This document shows positions 27,901-40,498 of a stretch of 64,000 nt of DNA, in pieces. The position numbers were made by a program, and so were the translations under genes. Source of the DNA: Azolla caroliniana (taxonomy: Eukaryota > Plantae > Polypodiophyta); assembly GCA_043228905.1 (NCBI GenBank), contig JBHGNT010000006.1, positions 22,382,001-22,446,000 of the forward strand, written 5' to 3'. Every line of letters starts with the position of its first letter. The stretch's first letter is position 1. The notes under the pieces were generated by a model that saw only the letters and a program-made list of their open reading frames with translations, had not been told where the DNA came from and searched no databases.

Positions 27901-29245
27901 ATGAAACATTTGCACTGGTTGCAAAGATGGCAACATTGAGAACACTACTTGCTGTGAGTGTAGCCAAAAGATGGGTTCTGCACCATATGGATGTAAAAAA
28001 TGTTTTTTACATGGTAACTTAGAAGAAGAAGTGTATATGTGTCAACCACCAGGTTTTGAAGATAAGAAGCATCAAGAATATGTATGCAGGCTTAAAAAGG
28101 CTCTCTATGGATTGAAACGAGCATCAAGGGCATGGCATAAAGAACTTTCAAAATCTCTGAAAAAATTTGCTTTCAAAATGTCAAAGGCTGATCCATCATT
28201 GTATGTAAAAAGGATAAATGATTGCATTGTTTTTATTTTGATTTATGTTGATGATTTAATCATTGGAGGTGATTCCATGGATGAAATAAGAAAGCTGAAA
28301 AAAACTCTGGAAATGCAATTTCATATGAAAGATTTGAGAGAGCTGAGATACTTTCTTGGCATTGAGATGATCAGATATGAAAGTGGTATATACATGTTGC
28401 AAAAACAGTATGCAACAACTATGTTGAAGAAGTATGGAATGCTTGGATGCAAACCTATTGGTGTACCACTAGGTAAGAACTGCAAATTGAGGGTTGATCT
28501 GGGAGCCAAAATAGAAGATGTAAACATGTACATGTCTATGGTGGGCAGCCTCATATATTTGACTATAACAAGACTTGATCTGAGTTATGATGTTGGACTA
28601 GTTAGCCAGTTTATGCAACAACCCACAAAGCCACACTTGGACTGCATTAGAAGAATCTTGAGGTATGTAAAAACTACCTAGAACTATGGATTGTTTTACA
28701 GGGCTGATTTGGACATAAAGCTGGAAGGATATACAAATGTTGATTGGGCTGGAAGCCAAACTGACAGAAGATCCATAAGCGGATATATGTTTACATTGGG
28801 AAGTGCAACCATTTCATGGAGTAGCAAGAAACAAGCTACAGTTGCACTATCAAGTACTGAAGCTAAATATAGAGGAGCTGCAATAGCCACCTGTGAAGAG
28901 GTATGGATCAAAAGATTGCTTTCTGATTTGGGAGAATATATAGATGGTGTTGTCACAATTTGGTGTGACAATATGAGCAACATTCAACTGGCAAAAAACC
29001 CAGTGTTCCATGCAAGAACAAAGCACATTGAAGTGCATTATCACTTTGTTAGAGAAAAAGTGATTGATGGAGAAGTGGATATGCTGTATGTAAGTACAAA
29101 TCAGCAAGTTGCTGATATTCTTACGAAGGGATTGAGCATGGAAAAACATACACAGTTTAGAGACATGATGGGAGTTATAACCATCAGCATGGTAGCTGAA
29201 AAACATGAAGAAAAGAAGATTGAAGATGATCCCAAGAAAGGATAA
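24920..29245 (+). pseudogene. gag-pol of copia B (GAG, PR, INT, RT, RNase H) with many stops and frameshifts
   Basis: EKLDKNNFPAWK gag; WYVDSRASNHMT protease; WHKRIGH...CEAC and LRSDGGEEY integrase; YVDDLII RT; KHIEVHYHFVRE..ADILTK RNase H. The order INT-RT-RH is the copia order. Confidence 0.95.
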
Positions 29246-29362
29246 GTTGAGCTTGAGGGGGAGTGTTGAGAAGCAATCTCAACAAAGCTATGTGATGCTT
29301 ATTAAAAAATAAGCTATAGTAGCTATTAGTTAATTAGCTACTAGTGGACATAAAGGTGAAAC

Positions 29363-29450
29363 TGTTGGAGACAAGGTCGTCTATGCGGAAGATCAAGAAG
29401 CATTCGATTCTGTTCTGTACCTGCGTATGACAGATTTTAGGTCGTTGCAC

Positions 29451-29489
<39 letters not shown>

Positions 29490-32400
29490 CACAAAACGAC
29501 TCTTTCTATTCCATAAAGCAATAATACAACCCAACCTTACAAAAAGGTTACAAGGTCACTATATATAGTGACAGACTTAGGGCATCTACCATTTATGCTA
29601 ATTACACAAATGGCCCAAACTTGATCTATACAAAGGGATAGTGTGAATACGTCCATTATACACTTGTATTCGACACTCCCCTGTAATGGGCGTATACATG
29701 GGTTATCTAAGATTACAGGCATAAACCTAGGTTCTCGGACATATCAGTTTTGTTCGAGTCGGCAGGGTCCGAAGGCAGAAGACCGAACTGGTCGGGTCGG
29801 AAGAGTTGAAGCCGATCATTAAGGAACTGATGTCGGTTGTCGGAAACCATCCTGCGATGTGTCCGGCTCTAACCGGACTGGTTTGTCGTTACGCCCATCT
29901 GATGCCGAAGGGACCGAAAGCGGTCTGCCGAAAGACACTTGGTCATTCCATCTGCGACATTGTCGGTTGTGGATATTTTCTCTAGACCGATTTTCCCTGA
30001 AATGACGCAGTCCCGAACGAAGTGATATCGAACGTCGATATGTTTGCAGGCGTTGTGGTGAACCGGATTTTTCGACAAGGCAACAACACCTTGACTGTCG
30101 CTATAGACAACTGGGGCCGAGTCATGGTCGACTTGTCGAAACGTGTGCGCCAGCCGGCCGAGCCACAAAGCTTCTTTTGCAGCGTCGGACGCAGCTACAT
30201 ATTCTGCTTCGGTCGTTGAGGTCGCTGTGCACTCCTGAAGTTTCGACTTCCACGAAATTGCTCCATTGCCGAATTTGAAGCAGTATCCAGTTGTTGATTT
30301 CCGACTGTCTATACAGCCGGCGAAGTCCGAGTCGGTGTAACCGACTACGCCTATAGTTGAGTTCGGACCGAAAAGAATGTCGTGGTCTTTTGTGCCAGCC
30401 AAATATTTGAACACATGCTTGACTGCGTTCCAATGCGATCGGCCAGGATTGTGCATAAATCTGCTAACGACTCCTACGGCATGAGAAATATCAGGCCGTG
30501 TCGCGACCATCAGGTACATAAGGGAGCCGACTGCCGGTGCATACGGTACCGACTTCATATCTTCCCCCTCCGGACCGGATGTCGGGCAGTCTCGCTGAGA
30601 GAGCCGAAGATTCATGGGGAGCGGGGTTGAAGCAGATTTGGCTGATTGCATGTTGAAGCGTTCCAAGACACGTCCGATATAGTCGGTCTGAGACAAAAAA
30701 AGATGTCGTTGATCGCGATGCCGACTAATCTTCATGCCAAGTATGTGTCGTGCCGGACCGAGGTCCTTCATGGCAAACTTCAACCGCAGTTGCCGAATGA
30801 GATCGGCAAGTTCGCCCGCGTGGCGTCCAGAAATTAGCATGTCGTCCACGTAAATGATGAGGAAGATGGGGGTGATCCATCTTGAGCTGTGTTGGTAAAA
30901 AAACAATGGTCCTCATCGCTTTTTGAGAAGCCGATCGATTGGATGAAGTCGTCGAACTTCTTGTACCATTGTCGCGGTGCCTGTTTGAGGCCGTATAGAC
31001 TCTTCCTGAGTCGGCAGACTAGATGTTCTTGGCCAGTTGCCACGAAGCCTTTTGGCTGCTCCATATAAATTTCCTCTTCAAGATCACCATGGAGGAATGC
31101 TGTTTTGACATCTAGCTGAATCAGCTCCAAGTTGTCGGCTGCCACTACGCCGAGTAGAAAACGAAGGGTTGTCATTTTCACCACTGGTGAAAAAATCTCG
31201 TCGAAGTCGACGCCATATTCTTGTCGGAAGCCCTTCGCAACTAATCTGGCCTTGTACTTTGGGGTGGTCGAATCAGACGTCTCTTTTAGTCGATAAACCC
31301 ACTTGCAAGGAAGAGCACGTCGGTTCCTAGGTAATTCGACCAGATCCCAAGTCTTGTTTGCCCGAATGGAGTGCATTTCCGACTCCATCGCCAGATGCCA
31401 GGTGGCGGAATCGACAGATGTCGATGCTTCTTCGTAAGACGTCGGTTCGCCGGCGTCGGTGAAGAAAATTCCAGGAGAATACCTCTCCGGAGGTTGCGAC
31501 AGTCTCTCGGATCGTCGAGGTATGATTGGACTGGTCGCATCGGGTATCGAGGTCAGATGGTCCGAAAGCTGCTGTGCCGAGTCAGAGTTGTCCGAATCGG
31601 TAGTGTAAGGTTCAACTACCCGTGAAGCTGACCGTGTGTTAAGAGCGGGGCCTTCTTGAAGGGTCGGCACATCGGAAAATGTTACCCTTCAGACTTCGAT
31701 CGGTGTTTTGACTGATGGATTCATAGCCGACTCGTTGAACACAACGTCCGAACTTCGGACGATTTGTCTGCGTTCGGGATCCCAGAGTCGGTATCCCATT
31801 TCGCCGTCGGATCCATATCCAAGGAAAATGCATTTCCTGGACCGAGGTGCAAGTTTTCGGCGATCATCTTTCGGAATAAGGGCGTACGCCTCGCATCCGA
31901 AGATCCTCAGCTTGTCGTAATTCGGCTTACTGCCGATCCATAGTTCCTGAGGAATTTGAAGTCCTAGAGGTCTGCTTGGCGACATATTGATTATTTGTAC
32001 TGCCGTGAGTAGAGCCTCTGCCCAGAAGCCATCTGACAGTCCGGAGTGTTGGAGCATGGAAACTATCCGTTCTTGGATTGTCCGATTCATGCGTTCGGCA
32101 ATCCCGTTTTGCTCCGGACTGTGTGGTGCCGTAAATTCACGTCGGATGCCGCGTTGTCGGCAGAATTTGACGAATTCTTCTGATTTGAACTCTCCCCCAT
32201 TGTCGGTCCGAAAGCATTTCAGTTTTCGGTCGGTTTGATTTTCTACCATAGCGAGCCAATCGGAGAAGATCGAGAAGACACGATCTTTGGTGCGAATTGG
32301 ATAAGCCCACACCTTTCGAGTCGAATCGTCAATAAAACTGACGAAGTAAGAGGCACCGCCAAGAGACTGATGCGGCATTGGGCCACAGACGTCCGAGTGG

Positions 32401-34680
32401 ACCAAATCGAGAGGTCTCGTTTCTCTTGGTGTTGATGTCGGGTGTGATGCGGCTGCTTGTTTGCCATATTGGCAATGCTCGCAGAATTGATGGTCGGAGA
32501 AGGAGAGTTTAGGGATGTATCCGGCTCTAGATAGATGCGTAATGCCGGCCTTGTTGAGGTGTCCTAATCTTCTGTGCCATAGTGATGACACAGGAATATC
32601 CACCAAAAACAGGTTACCCTCTCTGAGCGTAACATGTAACGGATACAGTGAGTGTATCTTGGGTCCTCTAGCAAGCAGGAGGTTCCCCCTGTGGAGTGTC
32701 CACCCTCCCGAAGAAAAACCGGCACGAATGCCGTCTTCATCTAGTTGTCCGACTGAGATCAATGGCCTTGAGAGCTCGGGTACATGTCGGACATTGTGAA
32801 GTACAAGTGTAGAGCCACCTACAAGGTTGAGCTCTACTGTGCCGATTCCAATGATGTCACAGTGTTGCGAGTTACCGACTCGAACTGAGTCGGAGTGACG
32901 GATCGTATATTGCCGAAATTGGGATCGATGAGGAGTCACGTGAAATGACGCGCCCGAATCTAAGAGCCATGTGCTCGATTCTTCAGTCGTGAGCAAAACT
33001 TCTGATCCGACTGGATTTTCGATTGATAGTATATTCGGGTCGTTTGGTAGTACATCAGCTGAGAAGCTGACGTAATTGATCTCCTCATGCCGGCGACTCT
33101 TCTTGTCTGATCTCTGAGACTTGTCGTTCTTGTTCTTGAGTGCGCGGCAGTCGGCTTTGATGTGTCCGGGTTTCTTGCAATAGTTGCAGATTCGATTATC
33201 CCGTGACTGGCTCCGTCTTCGCTGATTGTTCGGCGGCCGTGAGGAATCTCTTCCTCGTATGTTCGATCGGTCTGTCGAACCTTGTACTACGTAAGCATCG
33301 TCTGTTGAGTCTTTGGCGAAAGACTTTCTCCGAGCTGCTTCGGTCAGGATTGCGCTCGTGACTTCGGAGTATTTAACAGCCGTGGTTGACACGTTGCACA
33401 CGGTTGTGACGAAAGTTTCCCATGATGAGGGAAGGCTGTTCATGAGTATCATTGCTCTGAGTTCATCCTCGATTGCCGTCCCCTGTGACGAGATTTGGGA
33501 GCTTATGCTTTCGTACTCATTGAGATGTGCTTGAACCGAATCGGATTCTTTCATCCGCAAGTTGTAGAGGCGCCGGATCAGAAACATCTTCGTTGCAGCG
33601 ACCTTCTTTTCGTAGGTGTCCGACAGTGTTTTCCACAGTTCGAATGTTGTCGTACACGATTGCACCGTAAAGTATACCGATTCCGATAGGTGCATCCGAA
33701 TCGTGGCGCGGACGATTCTGTCCAGCTTCTGCCACTCAATTGGTTTGTATCCTTCTGGAGGTTCTTCATTTTCGATGGGATCGATTTGCCCCTTGACTAT
33801 GAGATAGTCCTGCATTTGCTCCTTCCAGAAGTTGAAGTTCAATCCATCGAACTTTCGTAGACTCATTTCTGACGAGCCGGATGTTGATGCCATCAAATTT
33901 GGTTTCGGTTGACGAAGCTCGGTTCGGAGTTGACTACGAACCTTGTTGGAGTGCAGCCGGTTGGCTCACCCGGTATCGTTCTAGTCGGATTTGAACCCGA
34001 GTCGGTTCGGCTTCGGATATATGTATTGTTGAACTTGCTCGAATTGACTCCGGTAACTTGAGGGACAGAACCGACTGGTCTTCCCGAATGTTGCCGAGTC
34101 GGAGTGAGCCCGGTTCGCTTCCGAATATATATGCCAAATACCGATTATTGAATCCGATTGTCTGGACCGATTCTGCTTCGGGTGACTGCAGCGACGAGAG
34201 AGACGGATCCAACTGATCCTCTCGAATGTCGATCAGCCGGATGAAGCACGAATTGGGGTTGTTGTCTTGAGACCGATCTGCACCGAGTGGTTACAATGAG
34301 CGGCGAGCAGCGTTTGATGACCTCTTCGGATGCCGTTTAACCGAGTGGAGCACGATCGTGTCAATGTTGCACAAGGGGATTTCACCTCGAGCGGTTACGA
34401 TCACAAGAAACAGAGTACAACCGGCTGGCTTACTCCAAGCGAAGATGATCTAACGCGATGAGATGCAAGCCTCGTTTTTTTCTTCTTCTTCTCTCTTCTT
34501 CGAATGACGCAGGAAACCGAATGCTGTGCAGGCTGAGACGACGTCCGACAGCGGATTGAAGGACCGAATACTGTGCAGGCTCTGATACCAGATGTTGGAG
34601 ACAAGGTCGTCTATGCGGAAGATCAAGAAGCATTCGATTCTGTTCTGTACCTGCGTATGACAGATTTTAGGTCGTTGCAC

Positions 34681-34714
<34 letters not shown>

Positions 34715-34901
34715 GCACAAAACGACTCTTTCTATTCCATAAAGCAATAATACAACCCAACCTTACAAAAAGGTTACAAGGTCACTATATATAGTGACAG
34801 ACTTAGGGCATCTACCATTTATGCTAATTACACAAATGGCCCAAACTTGATCTATACAAAGGGATAGTGTGAATACGTCCATTATACACTTGTATTCGAC
34901 A
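29363..34901 (-). mobile_element. Element C: very young Ty1/copia retrotransposon inserted in the 3' LTR of B
   Basis: TSD GAAAC (29358-29362 / 34902-34906). LTRs 34593-34901 and 29363-29675 are identical except (AG)14 vs (AG)16. PBS tRNA-iMet at 34579-34590 (minus strand). PPT reads CAGGGGAG next to 29676. Confidence 0.97.
29869..33896 (-). pseudogene. gag-pol of copia C, interrupted by one in-frame TGA (31689-31691) and one frameshift (~30870)
   Basis: The 735-aa ORF carries gag, CNYCKKPGHIKADC, LLDSGASFH and an integrase DDE core. The frame resumes after the TGA into RT. A C5 run where C3 is expected shifts the frame just before YVDDMLI. RNase H KHIDVRYHFVRD follows. Confidence 0.93.
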
Positions 34902-35559
34902 GAAACAACTATTTAGTTATGCATAGTTATTTCGCTACAGATAGCTATTTAGCTACAAACAACGAATTAGCTATTGGCAGCTAATTAACTGCATATATAA
35001 GTCACTTATAACTTAGGTAAAAACTAAGTAGTAAAGTAAGGAAGAGTGAGAGTAGAGAGAAGAACAGAAAAATAGAAAACTGATGAGAGCGAGTTGAGCT
35101 CTGCGTGTAATTGAATAGAAGCTTTTGGATTGTGCAAAGGTAAGTCTCCTTCCCCTTCCCCTTTCTGTCTTGAGCGCTAAACGATCAGCACATCACGATC
35201 CGTTGTGCACACAGAAGAGCCGTAGCGCCTTCGTAACACCTCGCCTCCCACCAGAATCATCCATTGACCCCCGTCCTTTTCCCATGTTGCAAACCTCCTT
35301 GTTTCTCTCAGGGGGGAAATGTGGTGTGCATGTGTTCCTTTGTGTCACCCTTTTAGCACACCCTTTTTAGTAGGCATGTAGCTAAGTCAACCCATACTTT
35401 TAGCACACCCGTTTTAGCATGCATGTAGCTAAGCCAACCCAAATGGGTACCGTTGTATTGACTATAAATTGAGCAATAAGTAAGAAGCTAAGTAGGTTGG
35501 TTTTGATCTCTTATGTGCATTTCACAATAGTCACATTTAGAGGCATGATTGCATGCTTC

Positions 35560-37240
35560 TCTATTATCCAAGCCGCCAAGTATCAACTCACTCGAGGTTA
35601 TGCAATTCTCACCATGTTAGACCTACAGTACCACCAATAAAACTTCCAAAAGCCTTGTATGAAAGTATTCAACACTATGGTCACCACCCTTACCCTCATG
35701 ATGTCATGATGTAGGGAGCACACATGAGGAAACAAGTCAAACTATATCTAAATAAAAGGTTCAAGGATATGTATAGAAGAAGACACATAAGGTGTAAAAA
35801 GGCGTATCTCAATTGTAAAAGCTTACTCTAGGAGCATAAGGTTAAGGATTTTAGTCTTATATGGACTACAGAAGATCACACGGATGTCAACGTGAAGGAG
35901 ATTATGATTGATATTTTCAGCCTTTATCCAACAATGGTCGTCCTCTCCCTTTCTTGACGTAGTGGGCATCCACATAAGATGGACCACTTCTAAATGACAC
36001 ATCCACATAGAGTTTTTTACGGATGTTATCATTTTCGTCCATTTTATATTGCCAATTTCCATTATGTTATTGATTTACTGTTGGTGCTCCCACAACTTAG
36101 CCACTATGGGCCACCATTGCTTTTCAAGATTTGCCCAAGGAATTATCACATCCATTCCCAATATTCTACCGGTAACATTTGTAATGTTGGGATTCCATAG
36201 AAGAGGTTGGCGAGCCCACTCCATGGGAGAGGATCGCAACCTCCAATGGATTTCTTCCTTGAGCATCTTCCAAGTAGTAATGATGGAAAGCATCAGATGG
36301 TCTTTAGGAACTTTGGAAGATTTTAGCTTCATTTCCTTTACAAAAAGCCATATGTTTGTCGGCAACCATTTGCCTCATGTTCTATGGCTCGTCAACACTT
36401 TCCAAATTTCCTTGCTAGGGAGGAGACTTATTACTACTAAATTTCCCAATAATGCTTTGCTCTGAGTTTCTGGATTGATGAGTCCAAGTCCTCTCTTTTT
36501 ATTGCATTGTGTTATTTTCTTCCATTGGTTGTCACTTTACCCTTCGATTTTCTTGCCCGTTAAAATATTCAAATATTATATTTTATACTAGTTATACCTT
36601 TCATGTCAAAGATCTAGCATGACAATGTATGCCACATGGTTGCAAGCACTATCTGATTTGCTATTAGTACTCTACCCGCTATTGAGAGTTGGGCAGAATT
36701 CCAGTATTTCAGGTTGTTTCTTACTGAGCGTTGCAACCCCTCTAGTTGCAAACTCTTGGGAATGTTAATCTTGATCTAGAAACCTAAGTATCTGGTTGCA
36801 ACATTTTCTTGCAACCAACAAAATGAAGGGTTTAGGCACCACTATGGTTTCTTGCCTCCAATCAACCAACCTTTGGACTTCTGACAATTTATCTTGGCCC
36901 CTAAAACTCTACAAAAACTGTTAATAAGATTTTCATATCTGTAGAAGTTTTCTTGCATCCCATTGACAAACAACATCGTATCATAACTGAAGGCTGATAT
37001 AATCAACTTTTTATCATGCATTGGAAATCACAAGCCTTAAATCTGTGGCTCATCAACTTGTAAACTTGCTAATAGAGACTTTGCATATAAAATGAATAGG
37101 TAAAAGGCAAGTGGGCATCCTTGCCTTACTGAATGTGTTATTTCATATGCACATTTAGGACTTCTAGAAAACCATTCAATTCTTCACCATGTTTATTGGC
37201 CACTTCCTCATTCATGGAGCCTTTGTAAACTCTTGGGAAT
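35560..37240 (-). mobile_element. Highly decayed L1-type LINE remnant; target site of D and the solo LTR
   Basis: Minus-strand fragments KKRGLGLINP (~36485), WKMLK...PLLWNPNI (36075-36365) and RGVATL (~36730) resemble L1 ORF2. Boundaries are approximate. Confidence 0.45.
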
Positions 37241-37737
37241 GTTAATCTTTGTTGAGCGGCAAGTTCAACCGGATCCGAATCGGCTAAATAAGCATGAGCC
37301 AGATCGACATCCGGAAGGATGAGCCGGTGAGCAAGTGAGCCGGTTAGTCGGATCCAACAATAACCGGAAGCCTAGTAGCAGCCTAGACTACTAGGTAGTT
37401 AATGTCTCATAGTTAGTGTCAAACACTCGTATGAGCATTGAAGTACATAGTACTTCTGTCAGTCCTCTTAGGACTTGTATAAATAGTGTTGTTGAACATG
37501 TTTTATGTACAAAGAACCATTATTTTTTGAAATAGATTTATCTTGTTCTGTTCTTTCTCTATCTCTCCCGCATACTGTCAAGCTCTCCATTAAACCTGCG
37601 TTTTTGTGTTCGGTTTTCTATTGCTTCCGCACGCTATTCGTTTCTACATGGTATCAGAGCGAGAGGGTTGAGAACCTTTGCAGCCGACCTTAGCTCAAGA
37701 AGAAAACCTAACCTTCCTAAAGAACAGGAAAAACAAA

Positions 37738-39939
37738 ATGGACAAAGGAATGATTAGCTCGCTCCCGGGGGAGAAGCTCGACAAATCCAACTACGCATCT
37801 TGGTCTTACAAGATGCACCAGTACCTGCTTGGGCATGGTTACTGGAGCTATGTCGACGGAGCTAACGACACAGCACCTGATGCGGCACACAAGGTTAGCT
37901 CAAGAAGAAAACCTAACCTTCGTAAAGAATATGAAAAACAAAATGGACAAAGGAATGGCTAGCTCGCTCCCGAGGGAGAAGCTCGACAAATCCAACTACG
38001 CATCTTGGTCTTACAGGATGCACCAATACCTGCTTGGGCATGGTTATTGGAGCTATGTCGATGAAGCTAATGACACAACACTTGATGCGGCACACAAGGA
38101 TTTCCCAGTGTGGGAACAAGCCGCAAGCAGAGTGATGTACTGCTTTGCGTCTAGTGTCAGAGACCAGCTATTGAGCCATGTCCGAGATGCCAAGACGTCA
38201 AAAGAAGCTTGGGGAAACCTGAAGAAGGTGTTCACGGCAAGCACTACGGCCCGAAAGCTGCAACTCCGACAGGAGTTGAGCAATGTCCAACAGAAGGACA
38301 TGTCGGTAGCCGATTACACGACCTGAATCAAAGAGATCTGTGACTCACTTGCCTCTATCAACGTCATTGTGGAGGAAGATGAGATGGTGCAGATCTGTCT
38401 TGGGGGCCTAGCATCTAAGTTCAGAGCGTTCCGAACGGTGGTATGTACAAGGGAGAATATGTCGTCATTTTTCGACTTACAATCGATGCTCCTTGTAGAG
38501 GAGAACCACGTCGGTGCGTCAACAAGTGCAACCACCGACAACCGGATGCTGTACACGGAGGCAGATCGGCCCCGTGGGCGTGGTGGATGAGGCGGGTCGG
38601 CTCGCAATGGTAGCGGCCAGCAAGAGCAGGACCAAAGGCACATAGAACGTGCTGACAGCAGTTCCGGACCCTCCACAAGTAGGGGGAGTCAAGGCAGCGC
38701 CGGAGGTCGGCAAGCAAAGGCCGACACGAAATGTTGGAACTATGGTAAAAAGGACCATAGAGAAAGCGAGTGTTGGAAGAAGCGCGCCGATTCGAACAGA
38801 TCCGGATCCGGCAAGTTTGGCAGAGAGAACCGGCAATACTTGCACTACGCAAAAGGATCGGGAGGATCCAAAACTGGAAAAGCCGGTAAAGGGCCAGCGT
38901 TGGTGATGAAAACATGAGGCTAACTTGATGAAGAAGATCACTTCCAAATCGGAGGAAGTGTGGTACGTTGTCTCCGGTGCCTCGAATCACATGACGAGCC
39001 ACAAGGAGTGGTTCTCTTTCCTGGAGAAACCGGACCTGGGAGTTGTCGAAACCGGAGACGACACTCCTCATCCAATCATGCACGTCGGAGAAGTCCCTTT
39101 GAGCCACGTCAGACAAAGGGGGAAGTTGATGAACGTATTACATGTTCCGACTATCACGAAAAACCTGATGTCGGTTGGACAGATTGTCAACCAGGGAATG
39201 CAGGTGTGGTTTACGCACCTCGGGTGTTTCATCGAGGAAGAGGGTCAGATTATTGCGCAAGGGCGTAGAGATGGGAGGATGTTCATCCTCGACACCAATG
39301 ACGTCGGCACCGCTTTGTTCGCCAAATGACGGAAGATTGAAATGGATATTGATCTCTGGCATAAGCGGATCGGCCACGTCAATTACCGGAGGCTTCAAGT
39401 CCTGCAAACGAAACAAGTTGTTTTCGGTTTGCCGAAGTTCAGTGGCTGGAAGGCCCAAATATGTGAAGCCTGCCAACTTGGGAAGCAACACCGGCTTCCA
39501 TTCCCCACCGAATGAAACCGTAGCCGTAACAAGCTCGACCTTATTCATTCTGATGTATGGGGACCGGCACAGAATGTTAGTCTTGGCGGGAGTCAATACT
39601 TCGTCTTCTTCATTGACGACGACAGCCGACACACATGGATTTACCTCATTGAGCGGAAGAGCGAAGTCTTCGAGTGTTTCTGGAACCTGCAAAGCCTGGT
39701 TGAACGAGAAATGGAGAGGAAGATCAAGTGCCTACGGTCGGATGGCGGAAAAGAATATTTTTCTGGTCAATTCAACAATTATCTACAACAAAAAGGAATT
39801 CGAAGAGAGTTCAGCTACAGAGACACACCGGAGCAAAATGGTGTAGCCGAGAGGAGGAAGCGATCGCTTATCGACGTGGCAAGGGCGATGCTGGAGGAGA
39901 AGAGCATGCCCAAATTCTACTGGGTTGAGACGGTCCGGA
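37738..39939 (+). pseudogene. Copia D gag, protease and integrase N-terminal part (disrupted)
   Basis: EKLDKSNYASWSY gag (duplicated), WYVVSGASNHMT, WHKRIGH, LRSDGGKEY and PEQNGVAER. Several TGA stops. Confidence 0.92.
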
Positions 39940-40398
39940 TGTTGTCCAGAGGACAGAAATGTAAAATTAGGAAATTAGTAGACGCCGAGTCTGAGTATCA
40001 CGGGCCACCAAGGGCTCGGCTGTGTGTAAGGGGAAAAGTTATTTAAACGAGGAACAATACCTCAGAAAGGGAGAGAAGAAAATTATAGGCGGAAGCACTA
40101 GCTTAGTCATTCGAATTAGATAAACTTGTAAGGTCACCGGCCATAGGCCGTGTTCTGTAATCCTTTCGGCCATAGTAATACATCTTATTTGTGCCTATTT
40201 TGGTTGCATGATTCTGTGTTTCGATCTATACCTATGAGTTTCACGCCACCACGTCTGTCCAAACCTCGCTAGTGTTTTCTCTCTGAACCCTGTATCTCTC
40301 TCGACGCTTCTGTACGAGTCTTCACGTACCACGCCCTTGAAGACAGATAGTCGCAGATCTATCGAAGGTGTTCGCCCAAAGGAACGGGTAACACAATT

Positions 40399-40411
40399 TG
40401 GCACGCCCGGT
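40399..40411 (+). promoter_or_regulatory. Primer-binding site of gypsy E (tRNA-Arg type)
   Basis: TGGCACGCCCGGT lies 5 nt after the 5' LTR. It is complementary to a tRNA 3' end ACCGGGCGUG-CCA, which from memory is plant tRNA-Arg(UCU). Confidence 0.85.
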
Positions 40412-40498
40412 TACAGCTGTGAGTGCACAGCAAACTTCGTTGAAGGTAACCACCAGTCGTCGTTACGGCGCCCTCTCGCACCACGAGGTCTCGGCCAC

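Larger units (their letters stand above)
24385..35238 (+). mobile_element. Element B: full-length but decayed Ty1/copia retrotransposon inserted in A; its 3' LTR is split by element C
   Basis: TSD CCTCG (24380-24384 / 35239-35243). 5' LTR 24385-24781. PBS TGGTATCAGAGC (tRNA-iMet) at 24782-24793. PPT GAGGGGGAG to 29263. 3' LTR 29264-29362 plus 34907-35238. Confidence 0.96.
23239..35526 (+). mobile_element. Element A: miniature, internally deleted Ty3/gypsy LTR element (~1.4 kb without its nested inserts); outermost element of nest 1
   Basis: LTRs 23239-23398 (160 bp) and 35320-35526 (207 bp) with TGTG...CACA ends. TSD ATAG. PBS TGGTGGAGATG at 23403-23413. PPT AGGGGGGAAA at 35310-35319. Internal remnants: protease LTLGCDWF (~23920) and integrase PYHP-TNGLTERLNKTLK...NPFRALYGRDPR, which continues across the B insertion. 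Confidence 0.85.

Noticed and set aside
33934-34212. 92-aa ORF in the leader of copia C as a separate gene
   Set aside because: Out of frame with gag and without recognisable motifs; at most a uORF or a decayed gag extension.
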